From Bispira polyomma (Eukaryota): a stretch of DNA of 64,000 nucleotides. Where the stretch lies: positions 37,944,001 to 38,008,000 of the forward strand of contig OZ287752.1 of NCBI GenBank assembly GCA_965649765.1, in the 5' to 3' direction. Both the position numbers and the translations under genes were made by a program. Under the pieces are notes generated by a model. That model searched no databases. It worked only from the letters and a program-made list of their open reading frames with translations, and was not told the DNA's origin. This document shows positions 1-10,620 of the stretch, piece by piece. Every line of letters starts with the position of its first letter. Within the stretch, counting starts at the first letter, position 1.

Positions 1-2
1 TC

Positions 3-1232
3 TTCCAGATCAAGCGATTCAATTTTACAGAGAAGAACTGCAGCTATGTGGACTTCCCACAAGAGTTGGCAATGGAGAAGTTCTTAGTCCCCGACTATGA
101 CCGACTACTGGAAGATACGGTCTATAGACTCTACTCTGTTGTGGTTCATTCTGGAGACTCGGCCAACAACGGCCACTATACTGCTTATATCAAAGCACCC
201 GACGGGGAATGGTATCACTGCAACGATGAGACCGTTACCATGACTACAAGTGAGGCCTGCCACAATGCTGAAGATCCTTATATCTTATTTTATGAAAGAT
301 CGATCAGACCAAAGTGTCGCTCACTGTTAGGAAGATCTCTGTTGCGAAGCAGAGTGTTACTGAAGAATTGGAATGGTAGATTTCAAGAATGGCTTCCACT
401 TGTTTGGAGGCTGGCATCATTGATATGGTGTGATGTCATACCAGTGTGTTGTGACTGGTTTATTGAGGTAAATTTTGACGTGAGGTTTCTGCACAAGCTT
501 TATCTGCTGTATAGAGATATCAGACACAAATTGGAGGGCAAATCTACTAAGGTAGATATTCAAGCAATGATGGCACATGCACAGTGTAGCAGGGATATTC
601 CCGACCAAAGGAACTTAGAAGAATACAACAAGGACGCTAGACCTTCTTGTAGTTATTCACCACTTCATGGAAATGCTAGGTTGCTCTACACAAGGCAAAC
701 TCCAACAATTCCCGATATCATATTGAACGATACAAATGAAGAATATAGGGACATAGATGAAGAAATCGAGGAGGAAATTTCCAGTGATTCAACAGCTTCA
801 ACTATATTGACTAAAATAGATGAAATAATGGCAACAGCAGCAGCAACAGTTCAAAGGATGAGGCTAGAAGCTTCAGAAAGCAGCTCAGCATCAGACGAAG
901 GTCTCAGGCAACATAAAGCCAATGTTACGAAGAGAAAACAGCTTACATTTACGGAGCTCATGTATGCCGATGATTACCACAGTTTAAATTCTTCCTCAGA
1001 ATTTGATTCAGATATCTCCGTTTCGTCTGGAATTTCTTCTTCTTCCGGCAGTAATGACAATGTAGTCAAACAAAGAAGTCACCCTAAATCCCAGCATACA
1101 GAGCCCAGGAAGGAGAATAATAGTAATAATTCCTCTAAATGGTCTTTAAAACAAGGACTTTGCTCTACAATTTCATCTCTAGTAAACACTGGTATAAGTA
1201 TTTATAATAGGTATAATTCTATGGTTTTATAA
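3..1232 (+). CDS. Ubiquitin-specific protease (peptidase C19), C-terminal part, 5'-incomplete at window edge
   Basis: The frame is open from nt 3 (FQIKRFNFTEKNCSYVDFPQEL). It contains the USP His box YRLYSVVVHSG..NNGHYTAYIK, then WYHCNDETV and YILFYER, followed by an acidic/Ser-rich low-complexity tail. The Cys box would lie upstream of the window. Confidence 0.85.
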   Translation, partial: FQIKRFNFTEKNCSYVDFPQELAMEKFLVPDYDRLLEDTVYRLYSVVVHSGDSANNGHYTAYIKAPDGEWYHCNDETVTMTTSEACHNAEDPYILFYERSIRPKCRSLLGRSLLRSRVLLKNWNGRFQEWLPLVWRLASLIWCDVIPVCCDWFIEVNFDVRFLHKLYLLYRDIRHKLEGKSTKVDIQAMMAHAQCSRDIPDQRNLEEYNKDARPSCSYSPLHGNARLLYTRQTPTIPDIILNDTNEEYRDIDEEIEEEISSDSTASTILTKIDEIMATAAATVQRMRLEASESSSASDEGLRQHKANVTKRKQLTFTELMYADDYHSLNSSSEFDSDISVSSGISSSSGSNDNVVKQRSHPKSQHTEPRKENNSNNSSKWSLKQGLCSTISSLVNTGISIYNRYNSMVL

Positions 1233-1689
1233 TAAGCTAACAACATTAATAAGTATAATTATAAGTACAGGTGGACTGGTCATATAAAAGAAAAAAGAAC
1301 AATAATACATTCTATTCTGCAGTTGCAGAAAGTTTGTATGTACAATTGTACGAAGAAAAACTAGACTTACCTGTGCAATTTAGAGGAAATATGACTTACT
1401 TTGCAAGGGAGTAATATCTGCTGATTAGTGCCTTTGGTAGTAATAGGGAATGGAGATGAATTTGTAGATGCTTACATTATGTAAATACCATGGATTCAAA
1501 ATGTAACTGGACAGTGGAAAGAATATCATTTTAAGTCGAGGTAATGATATAAAACAAGACACAACATGTTTTCAGATACACATATTGAGAAATTATGTTG
1601 CTAAAGATAAGAAAGTGATTTCTTTGAAACCTGAATAAACAGTGATATAGACTTTTTGCTTTGAAAAATGTTTGGCCAATATTTAACTT

Positions 1690-3385
1690 TTTTTTCTTTT
1701 TGTTTATTTCTTTTCTTTCATTGACATATACATTAGCACAATTCACAAAAACACAGTTACAATACAATAAAGAACACACTGTTACAATACAATAAAGACA
1801 AAAAACCAAACAAAACAAGATACCAAAAACCCTCTCCACCCCCCCCCCCCCCCCCCCATCCTCCCCGACACTTGGACAGACTGTATATAAAAAGTATAAA
1901 AAGTGTACAATCTTTTTTATAAATTAAAAGTTTCAATATTTCACGCTCGGATAGTCTATAAAAGTTGACATATTAAACTTAAAAATTCATGTATGCATAT
2001 CTATGTGGTGACTATATCCCAATTTATATCTTGTAAAATTTGTTTCACTTCGTGGCCAGTTCCCTCAAATGATCCAGTGAGTATAACATTATATATTTCG
2101 AATTTTCTCTTGATAATATGTCTAAATTCTAGAAAAACTATATCTTTTTTATTTGTCCTGCAGTGATTTATGTACCACTTATCATAAACTATGACAAAAT
2201 TTACTATGACATTAGCTGGTATTACTTTTCCTGTCAATCCAATGCCAAACAATACTTCACAAATCGACAGTTTAATCCTAGGTTTTAAATTTGAGGCCTC
2301 TGTTAACAAACTTTCAACCAGCTCCCAAAATTGTTTGCTGTATGCACACAAGTAAATATGATGCTCTAATGTGTCGATACAGGCACAAAAATTACAAAAC
2401 GGGTTTTCTCTAATATTCCATTTATACAGATTATATTTACAGTTTAAGGTTCTATTAACGATCTTATACTGGAATGTTTGTAAATAGGTTTCCTTTATAG
2501 TATAATGTATTGCATTAAAAATACATTTCCAGGGAGCGACTTCTAAAGAAGGGAATAAATCCATCCATGTGTTAATAGAAGTAGGTTCTTTCAATTTTCT
2601 ACTTCCCAGTATAGGGCTTTATTGCTCACTTTGCTAAAGCTCATCATTTTCCCTTTTATCCTTGTACAAATATTGTGATACTGCTGCATACCCGGAGTAA
2701 TTGTCTTTAACCTTTGTTTCCATGATTTTGGTATAGCGCTACACAAAATATTATAATTGTATAAACTAATATTCCAGTTGAGTTGACTTTTTAGGTTTTG
2801 AAATTTTAGAAGATGTCCCTTATCATCTACAATATCTTTTATTGTTATATTCTTTGTATTGCTCTTTAATAATTTAAAAAGCTTGTTTTCTAGGGGTTTG
2901 CTGTCTGAACATATGAATTTGTTGTCAAAAATGTATTCATTAAATATTTCCTCCAATGTCTCTGGAGGTCTGCTGTTAATTACATGCCAGCATTCCAATA
3001 CCTGTTTGTGAAAAACATTGCGGCCTTTATCACAGTAAGATAATGGTAATTTATGCTTAATTAAATCTCTATCAATATTTAACATATACCATGTTAATGA
3101 CGCCCATTTGGGCATTTGAGTATCATTTGAAATTAATCTTTTAATCCATTTTATTTTAGCACAAATATGAATACTAAAGATATCAGGCATTCGCAGCCCT
3201 CCTGAGCTGAAGTTAGATAAAATAGTTTCTTTCTTTATCTTAGCAGGTTTTTTGTCCCATAAAAATTTGAATAACATTTTATCTATTTTCTCTAGTATAT
3301 TACTTGGACAGTAGCATTTATATGTGACTAATCTGAGGTATTACCAGAGTTTTTATAATTATCACCTTTCCTTTCCATGAGAGAC
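1690..3385 (-). mobile_element. 5'-truncated Tx1/L1-clade LINE (ORF2 C-terminus, frameshifted) with 3' UTR, A-rich tail and candidate TSD
   Basis: Motifs: LSWKGKVIIIKTLVIPQI, FLWDKKPAKIK..GGLRMPD, FQYKIVNR and the zinc knuckle CNFC..DTLEHHIYLC. There is a frameshift at about 2591, a G19 run in the 3' UTR (1839-1857), AATAAA (1703-1708) and an A-rich tail. ATTTAACTT occurs at both 1681-1689 and 3386-3394. Confidence 0.9.
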
Positions 3386-3811
3386 ATTTAACTTATTTCC
3401 CTTTGATATCGATCTTGTGACACTAAAACGATGCAACCACTAATAGTTGCGTAATTGAAATGGTTGTGAAGAATAAAGACAGACTGTATTGTCTGCGTTG
3501 CAAACTGTCTGCGAATGAGATAAATTAATTTTTTTAAGAAGTAGTTATGGCAGCCATCTTAATTTTAAAAATCAGGCCAAAGTGCAGCAGTAGCAAGATA
3601 TCATAGCAGTACACATATCGAAAACCTTTGCTGAGGCTAGCTGCAATAATTTCCCTGATCTGGTGCATACACCTGTTGTATTGGTATTTCAAATTTACAA
3701 CCCCTTTGCACTGGTGCTTTACAGTTCTACAGTACTGGTTTCCTCAACTAAACCTGGCCATCACAATATGACCTAGGCTATTAAAAACGATGTACAGACA
3801 CAAATAAATTG

Positions 3812-5250
3812 AAACTAGACCTAGCGCATCGGAGAACCGATGCATGTTTGTATCCACCAAAAAGACAAAGCACCCGCAGTAGCAAGCACTCTAGCTAGCA
3901 CTATGATTTCCTATAGGGCATTTATGCTAAAGCCTTAAATGGCACAAGTGAGTTTGACATTGCAAACCTGTGGGACCAATAAAAAGTCTGTGATAGGCAC
4001 TTTAAAGTTTGGCGTACCAATTTGACCTTGCACAAGGGATGCAAGGTTAAATGTGACCAAAAGATTAGCATCCTATGATTTCCTGTAGGTTGGTTTCACA
4101 TCCCAAACCTCTACGACCATGATTTTCTTTGATTGGTTTGACATTCCAAATCTCTAGGACCAGTAAGCACTTTTAAATTTGGCTACCCTTAGGTTGGTGT
4201 CACATCTCAAAACTGTAGGACCAATAATAAGTGAGTTATAAGCACTTTTAAATTTGGCTACGCTTATTTGACCTTCAAGAAGGGCCCAAGGTCAAACCTG
4301 ACCACATCAAAAGACTCCTAGCCCATGATTTCCTATAGGTTGTTTTCACATCCCAAAACTGTAGAACCAACAATAAGCGAGTTCTAAGCACTTTTAAGTT
4401 TAACTACCCTCGTCTGACCTTGAAGGAGGGGCACAAGGTCAAATCAGACTACATCAGAAGAGTCCTAGCCCATGATTTCTTATAGGTTGGTTTCACATCT
4501 TAAAACTGTAGGACCAATAATAAGCGAGTTATAAGCACTTTTAAGTTTGGTTATCCTCGTTTGACCTTGAAGGAGGGGCCCAAGGTCAAACCTGACCACA
4601 TCAGAAGAGTCCTAGCCCATGATTACCTATAAGTTGGTTTTACATTGCAAACCTCTAGGACCAATAATACGCGAGTTCTAAGCACTTTTAGGTTTCTTTA
4701 TCCTCGTTTGACCTTGAAGGAGGGGCTCAAGGTCAAACCTGATCACATCAGAAGATTCCCAGCCCATGATTTCCTATAGGTTGGCTTCACATGCCAAATC
4801 TGTAGGACCAATAATAAAGGGAGATATAGGCACTTTTAAAGTCTGCCATGTGGGGTACTTTGGCATTCTGTGGATGACCTTAAATGAATTCTGTGGATGA
4901 CCTTGAATGAAGAGCTTCAAAGTCAAATGTCTGCATGCTTGTAGAGGACATATATATCTGTTATACATATCACCTATGAAGAGATTCAACCTTCTAGTTA
5001 CGAGAACCAGCCAGAAGAAAAAGATAGATAATTTTCAAAGAAATGCCCATGGCGGCCATCTTGTTTTTCAGAATGAGGCTAATTTCAGTCACAGAGGTGC
5101 TTACATCCCAATGAAGATATCCTGCAAATTTGGCTAAGCTAGCTAGTCTAGTTTTCCGCTGAGAGTGTTAACGGTAAAAGTCTCTCTGTGGCGGCGGCGG
5201 CGTAGCCACCGCTAAACCAAAGTATCCACCTTATCGGTGGATACAATAAA
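3812..5250. mobile_element. Non-autonomous Helentron/HINE-like element with internal 147-bp tandem array
   Basis: A hairpin GCATCGG-agaa-CCGATGC lies at 3826-3843. TGTATCCACC (3849-3858) is inverted to GGTGGATACA (5236-5245), and there is a terminal hairpin GTATCCACC-ttatc-GGTGGATAC. GCCCATGAT recurs at 4321, 4468, 4615 and 4762 (period 147). Confidence 0.7.
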
Positions 5251-6810
5251 TGCACAACATTCATACAAGTTAAAAGAGCCAACCAGCCACCAAACTTTTA
5301 AGTAAATCAGTTTGGTAGATTTTGTGTAATTCTGGATTTGAATTGGGATATTTAATGTCCACTCTAGTACCTGTTTAGGTTATATTAGGACGGATAGTTG
5401 GAAGGCTGGAGGAAACACTGTATACAGTTGATCAAGGTTTTGCACTAAAACCAGCGGCCTACGGTAAGGAACTACCACCTTTCCAACATAGACATCGACG
5501 GGAGACGATTTCGCGACCATTCGATCACCAGAGGCCAGTGATTTCAAAAATACAAAATACAAGCTTTTACAACTTTGAAAATTTTCTGAAATATCAAATT
5601 TTGTAAGGATTAGAAATCAATCAAGAGAGAGAGAAATATTTCAAAAACTGCACAACACTTGAATCACTACACCTGCATACCAATTTCAGTGGTTATTTGT
5701 AAATTTCGTCATCTCCCCTAAAATTTCAGTTAAATCGATACAAACCTGGAATAACTGGAATTTAGGCAAGTATGGCAAAATAGCCACAAAAATCTCAATT
5801 TTGACAAATACTACCCACAATTCCACCAAAAAACACTATTTTCCCAGTGGTGAATTTCAGATACACTGGTGAAATTCAGATTCCTTACTCTATACACTTG
5901 TTCATGTTCAGAGAGCAGTGAATATATACATGTAAATTGTATACCCCAAATAGTGTCGATTTATTTTAATCATTGCCATGGCAAGGGGTAAAATTTTTAC
6001 TGTAGCTAAAAACGGCTACAAGCAGAGTCCTCACATCTATTTTTGCCATCTCATACTAAAGTAGATTTTCTTCTGTCACTGTTTTTTTCATAAACTTTTA
6101 GGCTATTTCAATTCATATTTTTACATTCTCTTGATAGAGCTTTGGATTAGTGAACACATACAGCTTGATTTACTTAAGTTATACACAACAAACATACATT
6201 TCAAACTTAGAGCACTGACAAAGTTATAAAGAATACTGAAAAGAAAACTATCTAAAAAATAGTTTGGAATAAACATACACTGTACAAGTAGAAATTTTAG
6301 TCGGAAAAAAAAAATTTCACTAATTTATAATTTTTAAGAAATTAACTGGAATTAATTTCACCATTGGCTATTTGTTTTCAGTTGAAAATTCAATACAAGT
6401 TTAAATGTTAACTTGAAATTAACGCTTTTGACCTTAAGAGAAAACTATTACCAGGAACAGAAGGAAATGTTTTGGGTTACACTACCGACCACTTGTCAGC
6501 ATTCAACAACAGCCTCGTGTATAATTTTTTGAACTTAGTATTTGCCTGTACTAATAATTGCCTATATTGCAAGAAACTGAAGGAAAATAAAATGTCGACT
6601 GCTTGCCAACAGACATAGGTTCTGGGAGTCACAAATACCATCGGCTGCTAGCTGACGACATAGGGTTCCAAACGGTTAACATTATAACTACAATTAATCA
6701 TCAGTGACATTCCCTATGAAGTTTCTTACTAAATTACTGTATAAAATATACTCCACTTCAAAGCAAATAACAAATGGTACAATACAGCTCAACACTGTCA
6801 GCAACAAGAA

Positions 6811-7068
6811 TATGAAAATCCAAATAAATGATAATTTATAGCTTATAATATTTCGTCTAACGATTGTGAGCCTTCAATAATTGGTTTACTCTGGGATGTG
6901 AAAATCCAAATAAATTATAATTTATAGCTTATAATATTTCGTCTAACGATTGTGAGCTTTCAATAATTGGTTTACTCTGGGATATGAAAATCCAAATAAA
7001 TTATAATTTATAGCTCATAATATTTCGTCTAACAATTGTGAGCCTTCAATAATTTGTTTACTTTGGAA
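6811..7068. repeat. 86-bp tandem repeat, about 3 copies
   Basis: GAAAATCCAAATAAA occurs at 6814, 6900 and 6986. Confidence 0.9.
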
Positions 7069-7465
7069 CCTCTGAATATACCGCACACAATACAAGAGAA
7101 AGATTTTGGTCAGAAAAAAAATACAAGATGAGGACGTCTGGATTTTTAGTATAAAACAACAAGAAAGCCAAAAAACTTGTAAGACTAATAATGAGTTCAT
7201 AAAACTGATAACTGAATATCTGGAAAATACGAGTTTGGATAATAGAAGTTCACATAATGGAGGTTCTATTGTAAATGTATAGACATAGGGATATATATCT
7301 ATATAGCCACTCAGGATATACAACATTAAATAATTAATAAGTATAGTTTATACAACACGGATATTTGTAGAAAAAAAGTAAAAGAGTTTCTAATGAGATT
7401 ATCTAAAATATTGCACAAGAAAAGAATATGCTTTAAAACAGAACAGCTGAAAATTTGAAAATATA

Positions 7466-7672
7466 TACAATGGAACCTCTGTTATCCGAACATGTCGGGA
7501 GAGCAATACTTGATTCACAAAATAGAATGTTCGTAAAATAGAATAGGTATTTTAGTATCAATCAATAGGAAAATATAAACTTGGGGAGAGTGAAACAGTG
7601 TTTATCAAAATTAAATATTCGGATAATAGAAGTTCAGATAGTAGAATTTCAAATAATAGAGGTTTTACTGTA
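7466..7672. mobile_element. Tc1/mariner-pogo-type MITE
   Basis: Imperfect TIRs flanked by TA: TA-CAATGGAACCTCT...AGAGGTTTTACTG-TA. Confidence 0.6.
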
Positions 7673-7837
7673 ATTGAAAGATACAATACACAACAGCAAA
7701 GCTTTTCTACTCTTATATAAAGTAAATGTTTTATTTTGAATTACTGTATAGTTTTATGGGAAAGACATATTATCACACATGTATAATAACCATTCAAAAC
7801 TGATTCATTTTGATTCTTAATTTTGAAAGACTGCTGC

Positions 7838-8074
7838 TAGAATAAGGAATCTAAAATTCGCCACTGTATCTAAAAAATTCGCCACTTCGAAAAATTTTGT
7901 GTTTTTGGTAAAATTATTAGTAATATTTGGTAAAATTGGAGATTTTTGCGACTATTTTGCCTTTACTTAACTAAATTCTAGTTACTTTTTTACCCAGTTC
8001 ATATTGATTTGGCTTAAAATTTAAGGGGTGGCGAATTTCAGATACGGTGGCAAAATTTCAGATTCCTTATTCTA
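7838..8074. mobile_element. MITE family A (TIR GARTAAGGAATCT), copy 1
   Basis: TAGAATAAGGAATCT...AGATTCCTTATTCTA. Related copies at about 5690-5893 (partial), 9906-10134 and 20473-20744. Confidence 0.75.
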
Positions 8075-8128
8075 CTTCCTCACTTATGTAATTATTATCA
8101 CAACAGTTTAATTATAACCAAAACACCA

Positions 8129-8360
8129 GGGGCTGTATTCACAAAAAGGTCTTAGTCTTAAGATTTTGGTCTTTAATTTAGGCTGAAAAGGTTGAGATTT
8201 TGGTCTAAGTCCGAGTGACAGCAACAAAAGATATTTTGCTAAGTGTTAACTTTGTTCTTAACACTAAGACGAACAGTAGGCAGGCTTAAATATTTTAAGA
8301 CATAAATCCTAAACTAAAGACTTTGTTAATTAAGATGAACACCTTTTATGAATACGGCCC
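8129..8360. mobile_element. PIF/Harbinger-type MITE
   Basis: Inverted termini GGGCTGTATTCACAAAAAGGT...ACCTTTTATGAATACGGCCC. Confidence 0.6.
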
Positions 8361-9905
8361 AAAGGTTTTATATAGATATATACAGATACAATAAAGACAT
8401 TACTTTGTCCAATGTGGTGTTTTGTTTTCTCTACTTAACTCAGTAAAAGTGAGCCAAAGAGTCCAAGCAACAAAAAAAACATGTACCGTTATGTGTATGT
8501 AACATTTCTATGTGACATTTCTAACACAGTAGCAATCTCTACAAGTATTTAACAAGAATAATTTGAAATTATAGCTAAAGCTAGTATATCTTCACACTTC
8601 CAATAATGATCACATAACCGGAAACAAATACATAAAATGTATTTTAACAATTTAGTACCGGTTTTGACTTCATATTTTCTAAATTTTTGTTGGAGAGAAG
8701 TGAAATTTCTTTACATTTCGAAATGATGAACTGCAGCTACATGACTAAGTATCAAACGGATATTTCGTTCCTGATTGACAACAGAAAGTTATCGATAATA
8801 GGACGTTTGATGATTCTACATTGCTACTAGTGGTGCTCCAACAAGAAATCTGTGCATTCAAGTTTCATCCAGAAAAAAGCAAACAACACTAGGGTCCAAC
8901 TCAAATCACAAACTAACGAATATAAAAAAATCAAAGCATACCCATGAAAACTCAAATGCTACCAACATTTCCATTTATTGTCCAAAAATTGTTCAAAAAT
9001 TGTTCCCGTTCAGTATTTTTTGCGTTATGGGTTTTACCAGTATTAAAAAGACCATCTGTTTATAAAGACTACATTTTGACCTGTCAATGACGGGTCTTTT
9101 CATAGACAGATTTTAACTGTAAATGTACAGTTGTAAATGTACAATTCCTATTAATTGTTAATATACAGAATTGTAGTTGTTAATAGATTGAAAGTAATAT
9201 ACAGTATTTTTCAGCCAAACATTAGGGACAAAGCTTCCCAAACCCACCTTCTTGTGTCATAAATTTAACATTACATGTGTATTATTATAGATACAATAAC
9301 TAATCCACCAGCATATGTTTGTCAGTGTTAATTATATTTATCACTATACATAATTACAAAATACATAAAGTCCTAAACTGTGTGTAAGTTTCTGTTACAT
9401 TCAGCAGTTTTTTTTTCAGTCAGACATGTTGAAAACACTAAGCCCTCTCTATTCCATGTAGCCGACCTCTAATGGCAGACGGTCAATACCAATTCTATCA
9501 CATTTTTATCAGACATAGCCTGATATTTTTCATTATAAAAAGGGTATCGCTATCTTAGATATAATATGTAAAACCTTTTTGGATTGGTTGTAAGCAATCG
9601 ACCCGTCAAAACTGAGGGGTGTCATATTAATCTTTGTAGGGGGTGCCAAGTCGGCCTGAGTGTATAGTGGCCATATCAATCTCTGTGTATTTCACAATGT
9701 GCGCTTGTGTCTTTTTCAAAAGACAACTTTGGTTATATAGTTTATAGGTGTTTCTATATGTAACAAATACTAACAACTGGAACAGATCGATTGTTGTTTT
9801 TTTTTTGGCCACTAGAAATAAATAAAATCGGTGGGCGTTGGCTGTCAGCTTGTAATTAAACTGAATAAAATAGATGTAAAATTGACAGGAGTTTCAAAAT
9901 CCTGA

Positions 9906-10134
9906 CAGAGTAAGGAATCTAAAATTCGCCATTATATCTGAAAATCGCCACCCCTAAAATTTTAGCCAAATCAATAAAAACTGGTGAAAAATAACTGGAA
10001 ATTAGATTAGTAGGGCAAAATTGTCACAAAAATCTCAATTACAGCAAATATTACCCACAATTCAACCAAAAAATACACCATTTCCTAGGTGACGAACTTA
10101 AGGTACGCTGGTGAATTATAGCTTCCTCACTCTA
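9906..10134. mobile_element. MITE family A, copy 2
   Basis: AGAGTAAGGAATCTAAAATTCGCC...GCTTCCTCACTCT. The internal sequence matches the other copies in opposite orientation. Confidence 0.7.
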
Positions 10135-10560
10135 TCTACAGCGTAGCAAAAGGGTTTGTAGAAGTGTATTGTCTTTTCCAAGTATGACTGTATTATCTAC
10201 AGTGTATGTAACAAAGGGGTTTTAGAAGTGTATTGTCTTTTCCAGGTTTGAGTGTATTAGCTACAATGTATGTAACAAAGGGTTTGTAGAAGTGTATTGT
10301 CTTTTCCAGGTTTGAGTGTATTAACTAGTGTATGTAACAAAGGTTGTAGAGGTTATTGTCTTTTCCAGGTTAGAGTGCATTAGCTACAGTGTATGTAACA
10401 AAGAATTTGTGGAGGTTTATTGTCTTTTCCAGGTTTGAGTGTATTAGCTACAATGTATGTAACAAAGGTTGTAGAGGTTATTGTCTTTTCCAGGTTTGAG
10501 TGCATTAGCTACAATGTATGTAACAAAGGGTTGTAGAGGTGTATTGTCTTTCTCAAGTCT
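10135..10560. repeat. 59-64-bp minisatellite, 7 copies, in the WDFY2 3' UTR region
   Basis: TTGTCTTT recurs at 10169, 10233, 10297, 10356, 10420, 10481 and 10544. The array begins about 30 bp past the WDFY2 stop codon. Confidence 0.9.
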
Positions 10561-10590
10561 ATTTGATGCGTAGATTTTGACTAGGCTCAC

Positions 10591-10620
10591 TCAGTGTAGC
10601 ACACTACTCACATCCCAAAG
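10591..10620 (-). CDS. WDFY2: WDFY2 last coding exon (LWDVSSVLH*)
   Basis: tatttttcag|CTTTGGGAT...CACTGA; phase 0, matching the preceding exon. Confidence 0.85.
   Translation of the reverse strand, partial: LWDVSSVLH

Noticed and set aside
4774-5137. Short ORFs here and similar 60-115 aa ORFs across the window (e.g. 17080-17427, 20492-20731, 45053-45487)
   Set aside because: They lie within non-coding repeats or AT-rich DNA and have no motifs or splice support.
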